64,000 nucleotides of DNA, taken from assembly GCA_963755915.1 (NCBI GenBank), contig CAVWLP010000002.1, forward strand, positions 64,001 to 128,000. Reading direction: 5' to 3'. The DNA comes from an uncultured Phycisphaerales bacterium (lineage in GTDB: Bacteria > Planctomycetota > Phycisphaerae > Tepidisphaerales > Tepidisphaeraceae). Below are positions 50,514 to 63,881 of the stretch, piece after piece; the stretch's first letter is position 1; every line of letters starts with the position of its first letter. The notes under the pieces are model-generated. The model was not told the origin of the DNA, did not search any database, and saw only the letters and a program-made list of their open reading frames with translations. The position numbers and the translations under genes are program-made.

Positions 50514-52543
50514 ATGGACCAGCCCTCATCGGCCCCGGCGGCGGTTGAATCGGCCCCGGTTGGGAATTCGAGCCATCAAACGGGACAGTGGCGCACCTAT
50601 GCGGTGCGCGGGGTGGTCTGGCTGCTGATCGCGATCGTCCTGGCGAGTTCATTTCGCGAGGGTCTGCAAATCCGAAGGTGGATGTACGTCACCTTCGATC
50701 CGATCCGGTTTCGTCCTGATATCTATCGCGGGTGCTTCTGGGCGCTGACTTCCAGCGGCAGCGAGGGATACCTCAATCAATACGACAAGATGGAGCCGCA
50801 GATTCCGGATCGGCTGGATGCGCGGTGGGTGCCGTGGCTGGATTACGCCCCGCTGCGATTGTTCGTCTTGCACGAATGGGGCGCGTGGCTGCGAAAGCAT
50901 CATCCGCCGGACCCGAATGTTCCGCTGATCCAGGCCTGGCAGCCGGAGTATGACTACACGGCGCCGATGCTGCGATTTAACACGTCGATGGAGATTTTCG
51001 GCGCGGTGTCGCGTTTTTCCTCACCTGGCACTGGACGTTGCGTTCGCGCGGCGGCAAGCCGCGATATGAATTCGAGGGCGTCTGGCAGGGAGTCGTCGCG
51101 GCGCTGCTGCTGTGGTTCAGCCCCGACATTCTCATCAGCGCGCACGCCTGGCTCACCTGGGATTCGTGGCTGATCCCCTGGTTTTTATGCACGGCATTGC
51201 TGGCGAGCCTCGACTGGTGGTTCGCGGCGGGGCTGGCGATGGGCGTGGGGGCGATGTTCAAGGGGCAGGAGCTTTTCGTCGCGGTGATATTTATCGTCTG
51301 GCCGCTGATGCTCGGCCGGCCGGGGGCGGCGCTCCGGTGGATTTGCGGGCTGGGGCTGATGATTTCACTGATCGCATCAGGTTGGCTGCTCACCTATATC
51401 CCGCCCGCGCAACTGGCAACGGCTCGGGGCGTGCAGGATACCCTGGCCGTCGCGGACTATCCGCCGGGTCTGTTCGCCATTCGGCGCACGTTCGATTACG
51501 GCGCGGCGACGTGGATTTTCGAATTGCTTCTATTCGCGACCGCGGTCCCGTGGCTGTTGCGCACTTATGCCCCCGTGGAAACGCTGCCTCAGCCGACGCG
51601 GCTGAAAACAATTTTAAATTCGCGGTGGACGTGGATCGCGGGCGCGGCGGCGCTCATCTTCCTTGCCGCTTACTGGCCATTTTCCCTGCGATCCAATCGG
51701 CAATATTGGTACTGGGGCCTGCTGTGCGCCGCGGCGATCGCAGCCGCGGCTTTGCTCCTGCGCGGGCGGAATCTGCTTTATCTTCTAAGCGCAGTCACGG
51801 CGGCAGGATTGCTCTCCTGCATGGTCCTCTTTCACGGCGGCGACGGCTGGGCGAAATGCGCCTTCGGCTACGGACTGAACCACTGGCCCTACATGACCCA
51901 GGGACTCTCCAGCAATGTTCCCGCGATTTTCGAGCACCGCTTCGGCTGGGACCACGAGGCCGATCAGATCGCCTTCACCCTCCCGGCAATCCAGCGGCAC
52001 TGGCCGCCGGTTTTCGCGAACCGCGGCTGGTGGCCCGCCGCCGGCTTCGACGTCACCGCGAAGACGATGTTCGACAGCATCTTTATTTTCTTCCTGCTGC
52101 TGAGCGCCATCGCCATCGGCCTCCAGGCCCGCCGGGGCGATCGGCACATGCTGGTGGCGCTGGTAACGCCGTGGATCATGTTTTTCCTTTGGCCCGTGCA
52201 GATTCACGAGCGATACCTGATTTTCGCATCTGGCATCGCCGTCTGCTGCATCGGCAACAGCGTGGGAACGTGCCTGCTGGGAATTTTTCTGTCGCTTTGC
52301 AGCGCGGTGATGCACCTGAACGTGCTGTTTACCAACGCGGACAGCTCCGCCGCGGACGCGTTCGGGCAGAACCTGGCGAATTCGTTTCCGAAAATCTTTA
52401 CGCCGGACAGCGGCCAGACGATCGCCCAATATGTGGCCGCGACGTTTCCGGATATGGGCTGGGGAATTTTGACGGTGGGGATGATTTTTCTTTATCTATC
52501 GTTCGCCAAGAGTTCGGCGAATAAGTCGGGGATCGCGCATTAG
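50514..52543 (+). CDS. Polytopic membrane protein, GT-C (ALG6/ALG8/PIG-like) glycosyltransferase-like (frameshift near 51010)
   Basis: LDYAPL in the first loop, FKGQ, QIHERY, many TM helices. Confidence 0.6.
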
Positions 52544-52801
52544 ATTCATGACCGCTAAAACTCGAATGTGCGATTCTTCAGTTACAAAGAAGATCGCGTA
52601 AGGGAAATGCGCAATGCGCGCCCGGCGAATGTCGTGCCGATAAATTGGGAAACTCTCGGGCGAATCGCTGATTGAAACAATCGTCTCATCCAGCTCACCA
52701 AGGAATCGCGTCCCCAGCCCTTCAGCGCACTCCGCGTACCAAAGGCTGGCTTCCATCGCGTCGGCTTCTGCCTCAGCCTCTACGATGATTCGCCGCTGCA
52801 T
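52496..52801 (-). CDS. RelE/ParE family toxin
   Basis: AEADAMEASLWY...LG.RF...PESFP...RRA...FPYAIFF...VLAV...RDP. Confidence 0.85.
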   Translation of the reverse strand: MQRRIIVEAEAEADAMEASLWYAECAEGLGTRFLGELDETIVSISDSPESFPIYRHDIRRARIAHFPYAIFFVTEESHIRVLAVMNLMRDPRLIRRTLGER

Positions 52802-53021
52802 CCAGGCTCCTCTGAATCCGCTCGCGAACGACTTCCCATGGGTCCCCTCCCACGGGATTCGCCTTGTAGGCCCGGTATCTTCGATCCAGTTCCGTATCAA
52901 GCTCGGGCGACAACTGGTTTGAAGATTCGGTTTCGACAGATTCGATGAGCTGATCGATCAAATCCAGTCGCTCACCAACGGGAAGGTCTTTGGCAGCCTT
53001 CAAAAGCTCTGCGGATGACAT
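52773..53021 (-). CDS. Addiction-module antitoxin (TIGR02574-like)
   Basis: LP..ERL.LI..L.ES...ELDRR...PWEVVRER; overlaps the toxin start. Confidence 0.85.
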   Translation of the reverse strand: MSSAELLKAAKDLPVGERLDLIDQLIESVETESSNQLSPELDTELDRRYRAYKANPVGGDPWEVVRERIQRSLDAAANHRRG

Positions 53022-53047
53022 AACTTGATTATACCACAAGACTGAAC

Positions 53048-54119
53048 CTAATCCCCCCGCGGATAACTCCCCAGCACCGTAAGCTGCAGGCAATGCTTTT
53101 TCGCCTGCTCAATCGCCGTCTTCATCCCCGCGTCATCGCAATGTCCCTGCGCGTCGATGAAGAAATAGTATTCCCAGTTCACCTTGCGGCTCGGGCGCTT
53201 TTCGATGTCGGTGAGGTTGATGCCGTTCTCCTTAAAAACATCCAGCACATCCGCCAGAGCGCCAGGCTTATGCGCCGTGGTAAACATGATGGCCGTCTTA
53301 TCATCGCCCGTGCGTCGTGCCGCTTCGCGGCCGATCACGAAGAAGCGGGTCATGTTGTCGGGATTGTCCTCGATGTTCTCAAAGAGAATGTGCAGCCCGT
53401 AAAGCTCCGCCGCCTGCCTCGATCCGATTGCGGCCACGCCCCCCTGATCGCGCGCGATCTGCGCCGCCGCGGTCGTGCTTTCCGTGGCGATCGTCTGCCG
53501 GCTCTTCGCCGTGGCGCTCAGCCAATTCCGGCACTGGTTAAAAACCTCCGCCTTGGAATAAATTCTCTCAACCTTCTCCCACGGCGAATTGGCCAGGAGA
53601 TTGTGATGCACGGTGAGGAGCACCTCGGCGCAGATTTTCGCCGAGCTGGTCAGAAACGCGTCGAGCGTATCGACGATCCCGCCGCCGATGCTGTTTTCGA
53701 CCGGCACCAGCCCGTAATCCACATGCCCGCGCACGACTTCCTCGAATACGGCGGAGATGGCGCTCAGCGGCACATAATCCACGCTGCTGCCGAACTTCGC
53801 CACCGAAGCCGCATGGCTGAACGACCCCTCCGGACCCAGGAACCCGATCCGCAGCGGCTTCTCCAGCGCGAAGCTCCCGCTCATCACCTCGCGATAAACC
53901 GCCTCCAGACACCGATCCGAAAGCGGCCCGTGATTCAGCGACCGCACCCGATCGAAGACCGCTTTTTCACGATCCGGCGCATAAATCGGCGAGCCCTGCG
54001 ACTGCTTGAGCTTTCCGATCTCCACGACGATCCGCGCGGGCGTTCAGCAACTCGACGATCTCCTCGTCGAGCTTGTCGATTTTCACCCGATATTCCGCAA
54101 GAGGATCGGTGTCCGCCAT
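53048..54119 (-). CDS. pheA: Bifunctional chorismate mutase/prephenate dehydratase (frameshift near 54030)
   Basis: RVKIDKLDEEIVELLNAR, APDRE, LGPEGSFS, PVENS, NMTRF, ACT domain. Confidence 0.92.
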
Positions 54120-54227
54120 GCGGTATTTTTAGCCGCAAACGCCGCGGGTTGCCAGCAAAGGGCTGAACGCAACGGTTGTACGCAGAATTCGAGTTAACAT
54201 TCTAACCTTCTGCGCAGCGGGCATTTT

Positions 54228-54350
54228 CCCCTCGCCCTGTACCCAGGGAGAGGGCAAGCGGCGCAAGCCCGCGCGGGTGAGGGCCGTGCGTACGTCAGAT
54301 TCTTACAAGGCCCTCACCCCAACCCTCTCCCAGGGTACTGGGCGAGGGGG
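54228..54350. repeat. Inverted doublet of the REP-like palindrome (copies 4 and 5; REPIN/BIME-like)
   Basis: CCCCTCGCCCTGTACCCAGGGAGAGGG..GGGTGAGGG, a 27-bp spacer, then CCCTCACCCCAACCCTCTCCCAGGGTACTGGGCGAGGGG. Confidence 0.85.
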
Positions 54351-54384
54351 TAAGAGTGGCGCCTTCGCAGAAAGAAGGGGCCGA

Positions 54385-55737
54385 CTATTTCCCCATCCCC
54401 ACGACCCCATTTGCATATCCAACCAACCCTCCGTGATCCGGTTGACCATTCTTAACTTCGTACAGGATCGGCGCCACAGGGTTCGAGATATCCGATAGAC
54501 GACTCGCCCCAGTCGGTTTCACATAGACGAACCCGTTATCCTGCCCGCTGCGCGGATCGTGAAAAACCTCCGCCCCCGGCACCAGCTTGTCCGTCACCAG
54601 ATCATCCAGCGAATTCGGCAGCGCCTGATGCTCGCGATCGTATTCCCCAATCGCACTGAGAATCAGCCGCATTTGCACCGTCGCCGAATCCGTCGCCGGG
54701 TCGGTCGCCGTCCAGTCGGCGGCAACCGGCGTTTGCGTCACCGGCTCCACACCGCCGTTTTGCTGATTGCGCGACGCCGCGGCGGCGATCACGACCGTCG
54801 TAAACATCGTCGCCAGTTGTTTCTGGTCCAGCGAGAGGCGATCAACATTTCCTTCCCGCACCGGATTGATTAGCGCCAGGACCGGCGAAAATACGGTCGG
54901 AATCCCCATCGACGCGCCGTCGCGTTTTATTTCGTCCCGGCTGCTCTGAAACTGCTTGATGACGGCATCCGCGCCGCTTTCGTCCTGCGCAGCCCAGCGG
55001 ATTTCCAGCGCCGGATGTGCCCCAAGCCGTCCGCCGACGAACAGGTACCGCGATTTTTCGAAAAGCTCGATCATCTTCCGAATCGGCGCTGGTGCGCCGC
55101 CAGACGAGGTCGCCCGGTTGTAAGCATCCGATGGGAAATAGACGATTTTCAGCCCCGCGTCTTCGCTCCAGCAGTTCAGGGCGGCGCGGATCATGTCCGC
55201 CTGCGGATTGATCGGCGCATTTTGCACCGCGGGGAAAACGAGCATCAGCCACTGCCCCTTGCTCACCACCCGGCCGCGTATTCCGGTATTGCGCAACCAA
55301 TTTTCCCCGGCGATCTGGTCGGCATTGGGCGGGAAATGCAAGGCGATTTCAGGGTTGTTATTCTTGACCAAAACTCCCATCGCCAGCCGATCGGCCCCGG
55401 TACGAAAAATCGGCCCCAGCGCCTGCTCCAGCCCCATCGGAAGCTGCGCATTCGTAGCCAGCGGGCGCGTGGTCGGCGCCCCGCCCATGATCACCGTCGC
55501 TGCGTTGCTCCAGGCAGTTTTGTCGGCAATTGCGAAATCGAGCACCGCCACCGCGTAGATGTCGCCGTGCAATACATCGTCCGGCAATTCATCCTCCGAC
55601 ATCGGCGCCGCCCCGCGCAAAGTCGGTGGCGCCGGCTGGGTCGCAGGCAACGTTTGTGCCGCACAGCGTCCCTCGAAACCTGCGGGCAACGCCCCGCAAA
55701 CGAAAATCGCCAGGATTACCGCAATCGTGCGTTTCAT
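54385..55737 (-). CDS. Exported hypothetical protein
   Basis: Signal peptide, PATQP linker, and a pilin-C-terminus-like end (LPNSLDDL...DP...VGYANG). Confidence 0.65.
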   Translation of the reverse strand: MKRTIAVILAIFVCGALPAGFEGRCAAQTLPATQPAPPTLRGAAPMSEDELPDDVLHGDIYAVAVLDFAIADKTAWSNAATVIMGGAPTTRPLATNAQLPMGLEQALGPIFRTGADRLAMGVLVKNNNPEIALHFPPNADQIAGENWLRNTGIRGRVVSKGQWLMLVFPAVQNAPINPQADMIRAALNCWSEDAGLKIVYFPSDAYNRATSSGGAPAPIRKMIELFEKSRYLFVGGRLGAHPALEIRWAAQDESGADAVIKQFQSSRDEIKRDGASMGIPTVFSPVLALINPVREGNVDRLSLDQKQLATMFTTVVIAAAASRNQQNGGVEPVTQTPVAADWTATDPATDSATVQMRLILSAIGEYDREHQALPNSLDDLVTDKLVPGAEVFHDPRSGQDNGFVYVKPTGASRLSDISNPVAPILYEVKNGQPDHGGLVGYANGVVGMGK

Positions 55738-55744
55738 CTTTCCC

Positions 55745-56725
55745 TCAATTCACCGCATTATCCGAAAGCCACTGCACGCAATGAATGTAAAACCTTCCGT
55801 GGTTCGCCTCGTTCAGCTCCGCCGGCATCGCCTGCCCCACGGAATACCCAATGCCGACAATTCTTCCCCGCCCAAGCTGGCTCACGTACAGCGGGTAGAG
55901 ATATTCGCCCGTTGAAACCGTGTGGTCAGAATTCACGATCCGCACCCGCTTCATGTCCTTCACGCGAATCAGGGGAATTCCCTGCAAAGTGCCGGCGGTG
56001 CCGTTGGGCACCAGCGAAATGACGCTGCCAATACGCCCGGAAAGATCGCCCAGCAAGGGATTTGTCCCGACGATCTCGCAATCCACCGGCTTGGAGTTCC
56101 ACGCGAAAACCCCGTTGCTGAACCCGCACAGCGCCCGTATCTGGGCGTTATATCCCGGCGTCTCATAACCAAACTGCCGCTCCAGGAATCCCATTCCTTC
56201 GCGCACCCGCTGCGTGACGGCCGCGACCACCTCATCCTGGCAATTGGCGACCGACGTGGCCACCAGCACGTCAAGATTTTTCAGGTCGTCCTCGCGCGTC
56301 GCATCCAGTGGCTTTTCGCCCGGGAAGTATTGCGACAAAATCCGCGCCAGTTGCGGATTATGCTTCGTGCCCGGCTCGATAACGGGAATCAGATGGATTT
56401 GCGGATCGCGCAATTCACCGATCGGCCGGGTCTGCCCGTCATATCCATGTAGCAGCACGTCCCGATGCGGACCGGTGGCCGTGAACTGGCTTAGCAGAAT
56501 CCCCACCTGAATCTGCGAAGCCGGCGCGGCAACGGACGACGATGCCGCAGCCGATTCGGACGGTGCCTGCTCCGAGTCCGCAGAAAACAGATAAAACTTC
56601 GCCACCAGGATCGCTGCCACAACCGTAATCAGGAACAGCCCCACCGCGGCAAGCATCCCCAGTTTTTTTGCTTCCAGCATAGATATGCCCTTTCCGCCTC
56701 CCCTCATGTTAACCGCAATCCACAT
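55745..56725 (-). CDS. Single-TM hypothetical protein, GATase-like domain
   Basis: N-terminal TM helix; VREGMG...SQLGRGRIV...CVQWL. Confidence 0.6.
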   Translation of the reverse strand: MWIAVNMRGGGKGISMLEAKKLGMLAAVGLFLITVVAAILVAKFYLFSADSEQAPSESAAASSSVAAPASQIQVGILLSQFTATGPHRDVLLHGYDGQTRPIGELRDPQIHLIPVIEPGTKHNPQLARILSQYFPGEKPLDATREDDLKNLDVLVATSVANCQDEVVAAVTQRVREGMGFLERQFGYETPGYNAQIRALCGFSNGVFAWNSKPVDCEIVGTNPLLGDLSGRIGSVISLVPNGTAGTLQGIPLIRVKDMKRVRIVNSDHTVSTGEYLYPLYVSQLGRGRIVGIGYSVGQAMPAELNEANHGRFYIHCVQWLSDNAVN

Positions 56726-56811
56726 AAAGAGTAACAGCTAGCAAGTGTTTGGTAGCATCGAAGGAGAGGCCTACAGAAATCGCTGCCCGCTGGTCGATAA
56801 TCCCTTAAGAG

Positions 56812-57582
56812 GTGCGCGAATTGTTTCAGCATTTGATCATGCTCCTGCCCCATCAGCCGGGAACGATCACCCTGATCGCCGCGATGATGGGATCGATGAT
56901 GGGCCTCTCGCTCTGGATAGCCGGGGCGCGGTTTAGCCGCTCGATCCTCACCCTCGCGGCCGTCGCCATGGGCACGTCGATCGGCATGAAGCTGCCGATG
57001 TGGGCCCACTGGCAAGTCGACCCCATGGCGCCCGCCGTCGGCGGAGCCATCGGCTTGGGCGTCAGCGCCTACATCTTCCATAAACTTTGGGTCGGCGCCT
57101 GGCTTGGCGTCGTGCTGGGAATCTGGACGGCACTGGTTCTCTGGGCGACCCGCGGCGCCGCCTTTCACTGGCGCTGGCCGCAGTACGATCCGGCTCAATC
57201 CCTTCCGCAATATCTCTACACCCTCTGGCAAAACGTTCCTGACGCGATGCAGCAATGTCTGGGCATTTCCGCCGCAGCGGCAATGCTCGTGGGCATCAGC
57301 GCCGCCCTCCTCTGGCCGCGCGTGGGGATCGCGCTGCTCTGGAGCGCCGCGGGAATGTCGGTGCTTCTCCCCGCCGCCGTCACGGCGCTGGGCCGCATCG
57401 ACCCGCAGATTCTCCTGCAGGTTCCCCGCCGCACGTCCGATCAACTCGCGCTGTTCGCCGGACTGATTGGATTGGGGGCGATCTTCCAATGGCGCACCAA
57501 TCCATTGACGGAGACGCAGGCAGGTTCTTCGCCGGCCCCCGGCGGAAAAAAAGGGGACAAGCATCAGGATGGGGCGGATTAA
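56812..57582 (+). CDS. Polytopic membrane protein (DUF4203-like)
   Basis: About 7 Gly-rich TM helices. Confidence 0.65.
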   Translation: MRELFQHLIMLLPHQPGTITLIAAMMGSMMGLSLWIAGARFSRSILTLAAVAMGTSIGMKLPMWAHWQVDPMAPAVGGAIGLGVSAYIFHKLWVGAWLGVVLGIWTALVLWATRGAAFHWRWPQYDPAQSLPQYLYTLWQNVPDAMQQCLGISAAAAMLVGISAALLWPRVGIALLWSAAGMSVLLPAAVTALGRIDPQILLQVPRRTSDQLALFAGLIGLGAIFQWRTNPLTETQAGSSPAPGGKKGDKHQDGAD

Positions 57583-57618
57583 CCGGCAAATAATTCGCGC
57601 TTCAAAGGGCACCAAGCT

Positions 57619-58353
57619 ATGTCATTGCAAATTCTGGCCGCATTCGGGACTGTTTCCCAGTCCCTGCACGATTCCGAAAACTTCTTTGACGGCGTTCCCC
57701 GGGGCTGGCCCCATCAGCACGACCTGCTGACCTGGTGCCAGCAGATGACCCCCGCGGTGGCCGCAATGCTCATCATCGTCGGCCTGATCTATCTCCTCTT
57801 CGGCTTCCAGATTTTCCGCGCCCTGGTACTGGTGAACGCCGCCGTCGTGGGCGCATATGTCGGCGCCTACTGGGGCAAAGAGGGAGATGCCGAGACGATC
57901 GGCGCCGTGATCTGTGCGGTCGTTGCCGCCGCCATCGCCTGGCCCACAATGAAATACGCCGTCGCGCTCATGGGCGGACTCTTCGGCGCCCTGCTGGGAG
58001 CAAGCGTCTGGCACGCCCTGGGACTCGACCCCAACGTCGATTGGGCCGGAGCGCTCGTGGGTTTGATCGGTTTCGGCATGCTCTCGTTCGTCCTCTTCCG
58101 CGGAAGCGTGATGATGTACACCAGCCTCCAGGGGGCGTTCATGCTGGTCTTTGGAATTCTCGGACTGACCTATCAATACCAGGACGCCGCCAAGCAGGTG
58201 AGCGAGCATATGAAGCTCCAGCCCTTCCTGCTTCCCGCGGCGATCTTCATCCCCGCCCTGATGGGCTTGATCTTCCAGCAGCACAACACGTCCCCCGCCG
58301 GCGGGGGAAGTGGCGGCGGTGGTGGTGGCGGTGGCGGTGGGCATAAAAAGTAG
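57619..58353 (+). CDS. DUF4203-like membrane protein with poly-Gly tail
   Basis: GLIYLLFGFQIFR...TSLQGA; about 6-7 TM helices. Confidence 0.7.
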   Translation: MSLQILAAFGTVSQSLHDSENFFDGVPRGWPHQHDLLTWCQQMTPAVAAMLIIVGLIYLLFGFQIFRALVLVNAAVVGAYVGAYWGKEGDAETIGAVICAVVAAAIAWPTMKYAVALMGGLFGALLGASVWHALGLDPNVDWAGALVGLIGFGMLSFVLFRGSVMMYTSLQGAFMLVFGILGLTYQYQDAAKQVSEHMKLQPFLLPAAIFIPALMGLIFQQHNTSPAGGGSGGGGGGGGGGHKK

Positions 58354-58471
58354 CCTGCCAAAACTGCGCCCAAATCTCCTCGCCCGCCAACATTGGCAGC
58401 AATTCGAATCGCCCGCCAGTTTCCTCGCGCACCTAAAGCCCTGAAAATCCGCAGCTTGCAATCGCCATATT

Positions 58472-58487
58472 TGGCCCATGGTTTGCT
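58472..58487 (+). promoter_or_regulatory. sigma54 (-24/-12) promoter of clpB
   Basis: TGGCCCATGGTTTGCT: GG-N10-GC, 30 nt upstream of the ATG. Confidence 0.6.
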
Positions 58488-58517
58488 TTTCATCCACCAA
58501 CCCCATCGGGTGGAACT

Positions 58518-61145
<2,628 letters not shown>

Positions 61146-61167
61146 CTCTGCCGCCTTTTATCCCCTC

Positions 61168-62322
61168 TTATTCCCTTTTATCCCCTCGCCCAGTACTCTG
61201 GGAGAGGGTTAGGGTGAGGGCGAATGCCGCTTTTTCCAACAGCTCGGCCGTTCTCGTCATACACTCTGCAAGAGTAATCTTCCCATCCATCAGCGGCACC
61301 ACTGAATCAATCCCCGCCGCGCGATAATCCACCCCGCGCTCCACCGACCCCGCCACAACAAAACATTTCACCCCCGCTTCCCGGCACGCCGCCGCAACCC
61401 CCCCCGCCACTTTCCCACTGAGGCTCTGCGCATCCAACTTCCCCTCTCCTGTAATACAAAAATCCGCCCCCGCGATCCGCTTCCGAAAATCCGTCGTGTC
61501 CATCACAATTTCAATCCCGCGATTAAGTTTTGCCCCAAAAAACGCCGCCATCGCAAACCCCAATCCCCCTGCCGCCCCCGCCCCCTTCAAATTCGCCTCC
61601 GCGGTCTTTCCACACCGCCGCGCCAGCTCCATCAGATCGGCATCGAGCCGCCGAATTTCTTCCGCGTTCGCCCCCTTCTGCGGCCCATAAACCACCGCCG
61701 CCCCGTTCGGCCCATAGAGCGGATTCTCCACATCGCAAGCGACTTCAATCTCGACTCTTTCAATCGCACTCCCCCTCCCATGCTTGATGAGCACGACCCG
61801 CGGCAGATCGCCCCCCACCAGCGGCTCCGTCGCCGAAAGCGGCTCCCCGCCTTCCAGAATCACCGGCAACCCGCACGCCTGCGCACACCCAATCCCCCCA
61901 TCGATCGTCGCACTGCCGCCGATCCCCAGGATAATCTTCGAAACCCCCATACCCACCGCCGCCATCATCAGCTCCCCCGTTCCGAAGGTCGTCGTGAACA
62001 TCGGATTCCGCTCATCGTGCCGCAACAGCGCCAACCCGCTCGCCGCCGCCATCTCAATGATCGCCGTCTTCCCATCCCCCAGAATTCCGAACCGCGCATC
62101 GACTTTCATCTCCGGCAGCGGCCCGGTAACCCGCCGCGTGAAAAATTTCCCTCCCGTCGCCGTCACCAGCGCATCAACTGTCCCCTCCCCCCCATCCGCC
62201 ATCGGACAGCGATCCACGATCGCGTCCGGCCACGCCCGCTTCACTCCAGCAGCCATCGCCTCCGCCGCTTCGGATGCAGTAAGACAACCCTTGAACTTGT
62301 CCGGCGCAATCACGATGTGCAT
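61168..62322 (-). CDS. Glycerate kinase (GarK/GlxK family)
   Basis: [45 protein letters not shown]. Confidence 0.92.
   Translation of the reverse strand: MHIVIAPDKFKGCLTASEAAEAMAAGVKRAWPDAIVDRCPMADGGEGTVDALVTATGGKFFTRRVTGPLPEMKVDARFGILGDGKTAIIEMAAASGLALLRHDERNPMFTTTFGTGELMMAAVGMGVSKIILGIGGSATIDGGIGCAQACGLPVILEGGEPLSATEPLVGGDLPRVVLIKHGRGSAIERVEIEVACDVENPLYGPNGAAVVYGPQKGANAEEIRRLDADLMELARRCGKTAEANLKGAGAAGGLGFAMAAFFGAKLNRGIEIVMDTTDFRKRIAGADFCITGEGKLDAQSLSGKVAGGVAAACREAGVKCFVVAGSVERGVDYRAAGIDSVVPLMDGKITLAECMTRTAELLEKAAFALTLTLSQSTGRGDKRE
61182..61220. repeat. REP-like palindrome, copy 6, inside the 3' end of the glycerate kinase gene
   Basis: CCCCTCGCCCAGTACTCTGGGAGAGGGTTAGGGTGAGGG. Confidence 0.85.
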
Positions 62323-62379
62323 GGCTAAGAAGTTATGATCTACAATTCGCAACTGGGGACCAGCGGCTTGTGCATTACA

Positions 62380-62403
62380 CTCGCAACTCGCAACCCGCAA
62401 CTC
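62380..62403. repeat. Heptamer tandem repeat (CTCGCAA)n
   Basis: Three copies right after the HtrA stop; another partial copy at 62346. Confidence 0.6.
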
Positions 62404-62406
62404 CGC

Positions 62407-63726
62407 TCACTGGCGCTCATCCCCAAAATCCAGCGCCCCCACCGCAACCTGATCATCGCGAATCACCGCAATCCTTACCTGCCCCGAATCCGGCAGCCGA
62501 TTCAGCAGCGCCGCCAGATCATCCATCGTCGAAACGTGATACCGCCCCATCTGAACCAGAATATCCCCCGCCCGCAGCCCCGCCCGCCCCGCGATGCTGT
62601 CCGCCTCCACGCCATCGATGAAAATCCCCTCCGTCTGATCCAGATGATATCTCTGCGCCAGCATCGGCGTGAGCTGCTCAACGGTAATCCCCAGCTTCGC
62701 CTTCGCCTCCATCACCGCATCCGGCAACGGCACCGGCTTGGGCGTCAGCGTCTCCGATTTCCCATCCGTAAAATCAATCACCACCCCGCGCCCGGCCCGC
62801 GCCAGCAGAAGCAAATCATAAGCATCGATAATATTCCCCGGCTTCACCCCGCCGATGTCCAGCACCGTCTCCGAATTGTCATCCGTCACCACCGCCACCT
62901 TCACATTCGCCGGCGGCGTAATCTCCCGCTCCTCCTTCAACTTAATCGGCATCGACAGCTTGCTGATCTGCGCCGGATTCATCAGCTCCGGAATCAGATC
63001 GCGCAGCCGGTTGATCGGAATCGCGAACCCAATGTTCTGCGCATCCGAGCGGATCGCCGTATTGATCCCAATCACTTGCCCATACGCATTCAGCAGCGGC
63101 CCTCCGCTGTTCCCCGGATTAATCGCCGCATCCGTCTGAATCAAATTCGCCAAACTCGCCTTGTTTTCCACGTCCTTCAGATCGCGGTGCAGCGCCGACA
63201 CAATCCCCGTACTCACACTATGGCTGTACCCAAACGGATTCCCGATCGCGATCGCCGGCTCCCCAATCATCAGGTCCGAACTATCCCCCAGCGAAATCGT
63301 CGGAAACGGCTGCTTGTCCGTTATCTTCAGCAGTGCCAGATCATTCTCGGCATCGGCGCTCAGAAGCTGCGCCGGCAATTTCCGCCCATCCTCCAGCTCG
63401 ACGGTAATCTGCGTCGCCCGGTCGATCACATGATTATTGGTAACGACATACCCATCCTTATGGATAATAAACCCGCTCCCCAGCGAATCCGCCGGCACCG
63501 ATTCCAACTGCCCAAACTGCTGAAAAAACGGATCGTTCCCGAACGGGCTCACCCACTGCCGAATCATCTTCGTCGTCGAAATATTAACGACCGCCGCCTT
63601 AGTCTTGGCGACAACCTGCACCGTAACCGTATTGCGCAAATTAATCGCCTCCGGCGGATCCGCCAGAGCGATTAGCGGAGTAATGAGCAGAATAATTTGA
63701 GCAGTATACTTCCACCGCAAGCGCAT
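62407..63726 (-). CDS. HtrA/DegP-family serine protease with PDZ domain
   Basis: GSGFII, TNNHV, IQTDAAINPGNSGGPL, C-terminal PDZ (AGLRAGD). Confidence 0.92.
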   Translation of the reverse strand: MRLRWKYTAQIILLITPLIALADPPEAINLRNTVTVQVVAKTKAAVVNISTTKMIRQWVSPFGNDPFFQQFGQLESVPADSLGSGFIIHKDGYVVTNNHVIDRATQITVELEDGRKLPAQLLSADAENDLALLKITDKQPFPTISLGDSSDLMIGEPAIAIGNPFGYSHSVSTGIVSALHRDLKDVENKASLANLIQTDAAINPGNSGGPLLNAYGQVIGINTAIRSDAQNIGFAIPINRLRDLIPELMNPAQISKLSMPIKLKEEREITPPANVKVAVVTDDNSETVLDIGGVKPGNIIDAYDLLLLARAGRGVVIDFTDGKSETLTPKPVPLPDAVMEAKAKLGITVEQLTPMLAQRYHLDQTEGIFIDGVEADSIAGRAGLRAGDILVQMGRYHVSTMDDLAALLNRLPDSGQVRIAVIRDDQVAVGALDFGDERQ

Positions 63727-63737
63727 TCCGCGCCTTT

Positions 63738-63777
63738 CCCCCTCGCCCGGTACTCCGGGAGAGGGTCGGGGTGAGGG
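63738..63777. repeat. REP-like palindrome, copy 7
   Basis: CCCCCTCGCCCGGTACTCCGGGAGAGGGTCGGGGTGAGGG. Confidence 0.85.
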
Positions 63778-63881
63778 TCTGAGAAAAAATTCCGCGAACA
63801 TACAAATTTTCCGAATGTGAAACGCGTCCATCTACATCTAAACCATGTTAATCCCCTCCGATCCATCGTAAAATACCCCCA

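Noticed and set aside
58298-58341. GGC/GGT run as a contingency locus
   Set aside because: It is an imperfect in-frame trinucleotide run encoding a poly-Gly tail and would not switch frame.
62335-63675. 446-aa + strand ORF (and similar long shadow ORFs at 53093..54166, 51112..52524, 46322..47434, 21788..22795)
   Set aside because: These are antisense or alternate-frame shadows of well-supported genes in GC-rich DNA, Arg/Pro-rich with no motifs.
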